Source: a virus. From it: a DNA stretch of 64,000 bases. Below are positions 18,003 to 22,682 of this stretch, piece by piece (position 1 is the first letter of the stretch; each line of letters begins with the position of its first letter). Made by a program: the position numbers and the translations under genes. The stretch is from IMG/VR virus record IMGVR_UViG_3300043410_001708, positions 32,001 through 96,000 of that record; one strand, 5' to 3'. The notes under the pieces were generated by a model. It was not told the origin of the DNA. It saw only the letters and a list, made by a program, of their open reading frames with translations, and did no database searches.

Positions 18003-18443
18003 TCATACTCGGATGTATTCGTAATTAACTGTTTCTTCATTTTCTCTAAAAACAATAGCGCCGTTCTTCAAGTGAAAACGCTTTGCCATTTCAGTTTTTG
18101 GAGATAATGTCACAAATCTTTTTATGTATGGCATATTATTTTCTATGTGTGATACTGCATCAAATATAAGTGTTCCACCAGCACCTGGTGCATAACTCCA
18201 TATTGTATAAAATACCGCAATCTCTGGATCGTTTACCTTTTCAAACAATTCAGATTCTTTTGTCGGAACATTTGTCTGATAACTTACGCATGTGATTGCT
18301 AATACTTTACCATTTGTATCCCGAAGAACAAAAATATCTTTGTTATTACCTACTCTTTCCGTAGTTGGAATGTTAGGCCTGACAGGATCTTCATCCAATA
18401 AATTAAAAAAACTATCTGTGATGGATTTTATAATATGTAACAT
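18003..18443 (-). CDS. GNAT-fold protein
   Basis: AVFYTIWSYAPGAGGTLI...FVTLSP...RFHLKNGA. Confidence 0.6.
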   Translation of the reverse strand: MLHIIKSITDSFFNLLDEDPVRPNIPTTERVGNNKDIFVLRDTNGKVLAITCVSYQTNVPTKESELFEKVNDPEIAVFYTIWSYAPGAGGTLIFDAVSHIENNMPYIKRFVTLSPKTEMAKRFHLKNGAIVFRENEETVNYEYIRV

Positions 18444-18459
18444 GATAACTTAAATATAA

Positions 18460-18536
18460 TGGTGCCCCAGAGGAGACTCGAACTCCTAAAATTTGGTTTC
18501 TAAGACCAACACGTATACCAATTCCGTCACCGGGGC
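18460..18536 (-). tRNA. tRNA-Leu(TAG), short variable region
   Basis: 77 nt cloverleaf, loop CTTAGAA. Confidence 0.88.
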
Positions 18537-18549
18537 AATAAATACTTAT

Positions 18550-18774
18550 ATGATACCTTACGAACAAAGACAAACAGTAAAACCACTTTATGAGTTATTC
18601 TCAAATGAAACATATGTGCCTCATGCTTATTATTGTATTGAATCTGATTTTATCGAATCATATGTTACTGAGATAAAATCTTTTAATGATGATGAAATAT
18701 ATATTCAACCTGAAAAAGAGTTTGTCTTAACAACATTAAAACAAGTTGGTGCTCCTACTAAGAATCGAACTTAG
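18550..18774 (+). CDS. hypothetical protein antisense to the tRNA array
   Basis: ATG at 18550 after ATAAATA; 3' end overlaps tRNA-Thr. Confidence 0.4.
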   Translation: MIPYEQRQTVKPLYELFSNETYVPHAYYCIESDFIESYVTEIKSFNDDEIYIQPEKEFVLTTLKQVGAPTKNRT

Positions 18775-18820
18775 GATACATCCTTACCATGGATGTGGTA
18801 TGCCATTTACCTATAAGAGC
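18747..18820 (-). tRNA. tRNA-Thr(GGT)
   Basis: cloverleaf, loop ATGGTAA. Confidence 0.88.
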
Positions 18821-18825
18821 ATGAT

Positions 18826-18900
18826 TGGTGGGTCGTCAGAGAATCAAACTCTGTTCTTCCGGTTAAGAGCCGGTTGCTTCATCACTTAAGCTTACAACCC
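18826..18900 (-). tRNA. tRNA-Lys(CTT)
   Basis: cloverleaf, loop CTCTTAA. Confidence 0.88.
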
Positions 18901-18903
18901 ATA

Positions 18904-18980
18904 TGGTACCCAAGGTGGGATTCGAGCCCACATAATCTTGCTTTTGAGACAAGCACGTATACCAATTCCGTCACTTGGGT
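18904..18980 (-). tRNA. tRNA-Leu(CAA), short variable region
   Basis: 77 nt cloverleaf, loop CTCAAAA. Confidence 0.85.
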
Positions 18981-18984
18981 ATAT

Positions 18985-19086
18985 ACAACAGGATAGTTTT
19001 TTTACAGTGGGAATTGAACCCACAAGGTTTGCTTAGAAGGCAAATTGCGAACCATTCGCATGTGAATTTTTTGCTGAACCTATCCT
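18985..19086 (-). ncRNA. CAGCA-stem RNA copy 3, carrying a tRNA-Arg(TCT)-like body
   Basis: AGGATAG/CTATCCT stem enclosing D-like, anticodon and T arms; no CCA. Confidence 0.75.
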
Positions 19087-19092
19087 AAAACT

Positions 19093-19168
19093 TGGTGCTG
19101 CCTAGTAGAATCGAACTACTTTCCGAGGTTCTTCAGACCCCTGCTATGACCACATCAGCTAAAGCAGC
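19093..19168 (-). tRNA. tRNA-Phe(GAA)
   Basis: cloverleaf, loop CTGAAGA. Confidence 0.9.
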
Positions 19169-19176
19169 ATATTGAA

Positions 19177-19343
19177 TTTGTAAGTATTGGGACCTCCCTC
19201 ATTTCCCAACATTTTACCGGTATTTTCTGTGAAGCGGCCGACCGGTTAGAGGTACGTAGTAATAGTTGATACTTGGCATCGGCAAAGCACTATCCTCATT
19301 CTTGTATGCCTACAAAAACTTTCTCAACATCTACACTTACAAA
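19177..19343 (-). ncRNA. unidentified structured RNA (about 167 nt)
   Basis: terminal stem TTTGTAAGT/ACTTACAAA, internal hairpins, lies between two tRNAs. Confidence 0.5.
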
Positions 19344-19346
19344 ACT

Positions 19347-19421
19347 TGGTACCTTGTGACGGGATCGAACCGCCGACCTTCTCCTTGTAAGGGAGACACT
19401 CTACCGCTGAGTTAACAAGGC
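19347..19421 (-). tRNA. tRNA-Val(TAC)
   Basis: cloverleaf, loop CTTACAA. Confidence 0.92.
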
Positions 19422-19434
19422 ATAAAATTTACTT

Positions 19435-19509
19435 TGGGGAGATATATGAGAATCGAACTCATGATAACGGAATCACAACCCGTGGTTTTGCCACTAAACT
19501 AATATCTCC
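19435..19509 (-). tRNA. tRNA-His(GTG)
   Basis: G-1:C73, loop TTGTGAT. Confidence 0.9.
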
Positions 19510-19557
19510 CCAAAGTAAACTTTGGAATTTTTAACCGTGTTTATTCACGGGGGTCTG

Positions 19558-20046
19558 TTAGACCTGCAAAGCTTCTTGTTCTGCCAAGATTCTTTTCAAT
19601 CTGTCAGCACAAAAACTTGCAGCTGGTGCGTCTGGTTTAACCATAGGTGTCATGTTACATGTACCCTTGATATAACCAATCGCTTGTTGTACAACACATG
19701 AACTTCCGTACAAGTCATCTTTGTTTAAGTCCAAATGAACTTCAACATGGAAATCTTCTAATACATCAGCCAAGTCTTGGAACAATTCTGAAACCTTATA
19801 CACTTCGGTCATTAACCGCATTGCAGGTTTACTTTTCTTATGGTCATAATCCAACTCACGTTGAACGAAACCAAAAATCTTACAACCATGGCGGCCATCA
19901 ATATGAACTACGACAGCCAAAGCATAGTCTGCATACCATACACCGTTTACACGGATACGTTCTGAGTCAGCACCCAAATATACTTTCGTATCTGGTCCTT
20001 GACTTGCAAGGAATTGCTTAACTTCTTGTATGTCGAACTTTTTCAT
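19558..20046 (-). CDS. RNase H-like YkuK family protein
   Basis: VYLGADS, RLMTEVYK, EVHLDLN, KPDAPAASFCAD; start reassigned to MKKFDIQ. Confidence 0.85.
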   Translation of the reverse strand: MKKFDIQEVKQFLASQGPDTKVYLGADSERIRVNGVWYADYALAVVVHIDGRHGCKIFGFVQRELDYDHKKSKPAMRLMTEVYKVSELFQDLADVLEDFHVEVHLDLNKDDLYGSSCVVQQAIGYIKGTCNMTPMVKPDAPAASFCADRLKRILAEQEALQV

Positions 20047-20076
20047 ATCAATCACCTTTCTTTTTTTTACTAACAC

Positions 20077-20150
20077 TGGCATCCCGACAGGGACTCGAAC
20101 CCCGACCAACAGTTTTGGAGACTGGTATGCTGCCATTACACTATCGAGAT
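20077..20150 (-). tRNA. tRNA-Trp(CCA)
   Basis: cloverleaf, loop CTCCAAA. Confidence 0.9.
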
Positions 20151-20155
20151 ATAAT

Positions 20156-20219
20156 ACAACAGGATAGATTTTACTTTTCAAGTTACAAGTTTGAAGTATT
20201 TTATTGCTGTTACTATCCT
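20156..20219 (-). ncRNA. CAGCA-stem RNA copy 4, carrying an anticodon-like hairpin
   Basis: AGGATAG/CTATCCT stem; inner hairpin loop CTTGTAA. Confidence 0.7.
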
Positions 20220-20224
20220 AAAAA

Positions 20225-20298
20225 TGGTCCTCAGAACAAGAATCGAACTTGTGATGGCCGGTTATCAGCCGACTGTTATACCATTTAACTATCCGAGG
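20225..20298 (-). tRNA. tRNA-Ile(GAT)
   Basis: cloverleaf, loop CTGATAA. Confidence 0.9.
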
Positions 20299-20302
20299 AA
20301 TA

Positions 20303-20378
20303 TGGAGGGTCTTGAGGGATTCAAACCCCCGACCAATTGCTTCGTAGGCAACTACTCTGTTCACTGAGCTAAAGACCC
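20303..20378 (-). tRNA. tRNA-Arg(ACG)
   Basis: cloverleaf, loop CTACGAA. Confidence 0.9.
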
Positions 20379-20384
20379 ATAATC

Positions 20385-20459
20385 TGGTGGTTCAGGTGAG
20401 AATCGAACTCACACAAGGCACCGTATGAAGATGCTGCACTGCCACTATGCTACTGAACC
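20385..20459 (-). tRNA. tRNA-Met(CAT), elongator
   Basis: cloverleaf, loop TTCATAC. Confidence 0.85.
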
Positions 20460-20464
20460 AAATT

Positions 20465-20539
20465 TGGTGGACCGAGGGGGAATCGAACCCCCAACTGTGA
20501 CTTGCAAGGCCACTGTGTTCCCAATTATACCATCAGCCC
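20465..20539 (-). tRNA. tRNA-Ala(TGC)
   Basis: G3:U70, loop CTTGCAA. Confidence 0.92.
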
Positions 20540-20595
20540 AAATTTGTTGTTGACAATTTATCTCATTATACGCCGTCAACAAAGGCGAGTATTAC

Positions 20596-20669
20596 TGGTC
20601 TCGGTGGCAAGAATCGAACTTGCGCCACATGCTCCCAAAGCACGGATGATACCATTTCACCACACCGAG
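20596..20669 (-). tRNA. tRNA-Pro(TGG)
   Basis: cloverleaf, loop TTTGGGA. Confidence 0.9.
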
Positions 20670-20674
20670 AAAAT

Positions 20675-20738
20675 ACAACAGGATCGTTTTTGTCGCTAGA
20701 CATCCAAAAGTTAGCTTGTTTATTGCTGAACCGATCCT
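20675..20738 (-). ncRNA. CAGCA-stem RNA copy 5
   Basis: AGGATCG/CGATCCT stem (compensatory change relative to copies 3 and 4). Confidence 0.7.
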
Positions 20739-20743
20739 AAAAC

Positions 20744-20818
20744 TGGCTCCACAGGCAGGGATCGAACCTACGACCAATTGATTAACAGTCAACTGCACTA
20801 CCGCTGTGCTACTGTGGA
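20744..20818 (-). tRNA. tRNA-Asn(GTT)
   Basis: cloverleaf, loop CTGTTAA. Confidence 0.92.
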
Positions 20819-20825
20819 ATATATC

Positions 20826-20900
20826 TGGCGGTCCCAAGGGGTAACGATCCCCTTCTTTATGCGTGACAGGCATACGTGCGTCCATGAACACTTTGAGACC
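20826..20900 (-). tRNA. tRNA-Asp(GTC)
   Basis: cloverleaf, loop CTGTCAC, atypical T loop ATCGTTA. Confidence 0.88.
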
Positions 20901-20905
20901 AAATA

Positions 20906-21096
20906 TTAGTACAAGCTACTGATTTTCCACGTCAGCCCTTGATTGAGCGGTTTCTCTGTCCATCCCTTTTATCTGGTACCTGTGTGCAGAGGGATACTGC
21001 CTATCAGAGCCTGAGTATTTCTCTCGCTAACGGTTTTCTGCCACCGGATCTCTATCGTTAATCAAACGCTACTTTAACGAAAAGTAGTAACGAGAT
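20906..21096 (-). ncRNA. unidentified structured RNA (about 190 nt)
   Basis: GC-richer non-coding spacer with several hairpins between tRNA-Tyr and tRNA-Asp. Confidence 0.5.
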
Positions 21097-21097
21097 T

Positions 21098-21184
21098 TGG
21101 TGGAGACGGTGTGAGTCGAACACACAATGCCCTGAGGGCGGCGGATTTACAGTCCACTGGGGTTACCAATTTTCCTACATCTCC
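21098..21184 (-). tRNA. tRNA-Tyr(GTA)
   Basis: class II cloverleaf, loop CTGTAAA. Confidence 0.92.
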
Positions 21185-21192
21185 AAATTTTT

Positions 21193-21267
21193 TGGTAGGG
21201 GCACAGAGAATCGAACTCTGATTATCTGGTTAAAAGCCAGGTACTTTCGCCGTTAAGTTATACCCCC
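21193..21267 (-). tRNA. tRNA-Lys(TTT)
   Basis: cloverleaf, loop CTTTTAA. Confidence 0.9.
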
Positions 21268-21273
21268 ATAATT

Positions 21274-21401
21274 TACCATTTGTTTTGCTGACGCACTATA
21301 TGCTATGCTTCAACGGAATAGCTGCAGCGTTACCGTTTATTAACATAGTTACTCAGCATTGAACGTTTCTGCTGTGGCTTACATCAGCAAAACAAATGGT
21401 A
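21274..21401 (-). ncRNA. structured RNA closed by an 18-bp perfect inverted repeat
   Basis: TACCATTTGTTTTGCTGA / TCAGCAAAACAAATGGTA. Confidence 0.55.
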
Positions 21402-21471
21402 CACCTAAGGAGAATCGAACTCCTCTTTCCGCCTTGAAAGGGCAGCGTCCTAACCGATAGACGATAGGTGC
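21397..21471 (-). tRNA. tRNA-Glu(TTC)
   Basis: cloverleaf, loop CTTTCAA. Confidence 0.92.
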
Positions 21472-21475
21472 AAAA

Positions 21476-21580
21476 AACTACAACAAATTTTTAAAGAACA
21501 TTTGATTGATTTCTCAATTCATAGATGAAGTATAACACAACCATGAATCTCTGTCAACCAGTGTGTTGTATTTCTACAAC
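21476..21580 (-). promoter_or_regulatory. tRNA-array promoter with palindromic box and boxB/boxA-like leader
   Basis: GTTGT-N6-ACAAC, N7, TTGACA-17-TATACT, hairpin ATTGA-GAAA-TCAAT, TGTTCTTTAAAAA. Confidence 0.7.
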
Positions 21581-21585
21581 GTGTT

Positions 21586-21661
21586 TGGAGTAGGTGACAG
21601 GAATCGAACCTGCATACAAGTGGTTTGCAATCACTTCCCTAGCCTTTCGGGTCACACCTAC
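21586..21661 (-). tRNA. tRNA-Cys(GCA)
   Basis: cloverleaf, loop TTGCAAA, U73. Confidence 0.88.
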
Positions 21662-21897
21662 ACTAATTTTTTCCTTGAACTACGGTGTGTTTCATCACGC
21701 CGCATAGTCCAATCGTAAGAGTTACCATCTGGTAACTTCTTATCTTTAACTTCATCATATCCAAACTTACCAACGAATTCCATTTCACCATTAGTGATTG
21801 TTACGAATTCGTTAACAGTCTTGGCAAAGAACATTGCACCTGACAATGTTTCATGTTTCCATTCTTTCAATTTTGTTTTTACTATCCACATACTCAT
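21658..21897 (-). CDS. hypothetical protein
   Basis: 79 aa ORF filling a tRNA spacer. Confidence 0.65.
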   Translation of the reverse strand: MSMWIVKTKLKEWKHETLSGAMFFAKTVNEFVTITNGEMEFVGKFGYDEVKDKKLPDGNSYDWTMRRDETHRSSRKKLV

Positions 21898-21905
21898 CTT
21901 TCATT

Positions 21906-21997
21906 TGGTACCAGCGGTGAGAATCGAACTCACTCAAGAACGCTAATCTGGCGCTAAAAGGTGTATAAGACCTCTCTGACTACCAAGTCTCGCTGGC
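21906..21997 (-). tRNA. atypical tRNA-Ile(TAT) with tiny D loop and long variable arm
   Basis: 92 nt; acceptor GCCAGCG/CGCTGGT, loop CTTATAC, T arm GTGAG-TTCGATT-CTCAC, CCA. Confidence 0.7.
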
Positions 21998-21999
21998 AT

Positions 22000-22089
22000 T
22001 GGTGGAGAGTCAGGGAGTCGAACCCTGTGACCTACTTTCGTAAATCTACGGATTAGCAATCCGCTGCATTACCATCCTGCCCACTCTCC
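22000..22089 (-). tRNA. tRNA-Ser(GCT)
   Basis: class II cloverleaf, loop TTGCTAA. Confidence 0.92.
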
Positions 22090-22095
22090 GAATTT

Positions 22096-22185
22096 TGGTG
22101 GAAGCGGTGAGATTCGAACTCACGGACCCTTTCGGATCGGCAGTTTTCAAGACTGCTGCAATAAACCGGACTCTGCCACACTTCC
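22096..22185 (-). tRNA. tRNA-Ser(TGA)
   Basis: class II cloverleaf, loop CTTGAAA. Confidence 0.92.
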
Positions 22186-22263
22186 ATATAGAAACACACT
22201 ACTGGCTATACACTCAGCGTCCCAAGTGCTACCAGAATCTAACTGGCGTAATGTGTTTTTATA

Positions 22264-22339
22264 TGGCAGGGGTTATCAGATTCGAACTGATGATGACGAT
22301 TTCAAAGACCGTTGCCTTAGGCCACTAGGCGAAACCCCA
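22264..22339 (-). tRNA. tRNA-Gln(TTG)
   Basis: cloverleaf, loop CTTTGAA. Confidence 0.9.
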
Positions 22340-22343
22340 ACAT

Positions 22344-22427
22344 AAACTACAACAAATTTTTAAAGAACAAGTGTGTATTGTAACAGAACCAAAGGTCCTG
22401 GCAACTACACTGTTGTATTGAAACAAC
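22344..22427 (-). promoter_or_regulatory. tRNA-array promoter with palindromic box and boxA-like leader
   Basis: GTTGT-N6-ACAAC, N7, TTGCCA-16-TACAAT, TGTTCTTTAAAAATTTGTTGTAGTTT. Confidence 0.6.
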
Positions 22428-22431
22428 AAAC

Positions 22432-22463
22432 AAAAAACCCTAGTAGATTTCTCTTACTAGGGT
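22432..22463 (-). terminator. intrinsic terminator (candidate attenuator hairpin)
   Basis: ACCCTAGTA-AGAGAAATC-TACTAGGGT followed by a T run. Confidence 0.8.
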
Positions 22464-22496
22464 CTTGTGTTTGGAGTCTTTTTTAGAACTTCTGTT

Positions 22497-22610
22497 TTAG
22501 TTCTCCATCTTCACACAAAACCCGGTTGCAATCGCCCATGAGCTATCAGCGCAATTAACTGTGCGATACTCTGGTTGCAACGTAAAGGGTTTATGAGATA
22601 TGAGAGACAC
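22497..22610 (-). CDS. candidate leader peptide (37 aa, all 20 amino acids)
   Basis: GTG start, MSLISHKPFTLQPEYRTVNCADSSWAIATGFCVKMEN; lies between a promoter and a terminator. Confidence 0.65.
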   Translation of the reverse strand: MSLISHKPFTLQPEYRTVNCADSSWAIATGFCVKMEN

Positions 22611-22640
22611 TTTTTTCTTTCTAAAATTTAATATATGTGT

Positions 22641-22669
22641 ATTATATAGGAACTTTTTAACCTCGGCAA
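22641..22669 (-). promoter_or_regulatory. sigma70 promoter of the leader/attenuator
   Basis: TTGCCG-17-TATAAT. Confidence 0.7.
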
Positions 22670-22682
22670 GCGGTTTTTGAAA

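Noticed and set aside
16653-20738. The repeated ACAACAGG...GCTG...CCTAAAA elements considered as a CRISPR array or as MITEs
   Set aside because: They are dispersed, variable in length and covarying, with no cas gene, transposase or target-site duplication. RNA structure explains them better.
17180-22328. Track ORFs 17180-17440, 20502-20699, 20592-20891 and 22095-22328, and the N-terminal extensions of 17320-18006, 19558-20181, 14723-15013 and 24353-24832
   Set aside because: They run through tRNA or tRNA-like genes. They are spurious or over-extended, so starts were reassigned to downstream ATGs.
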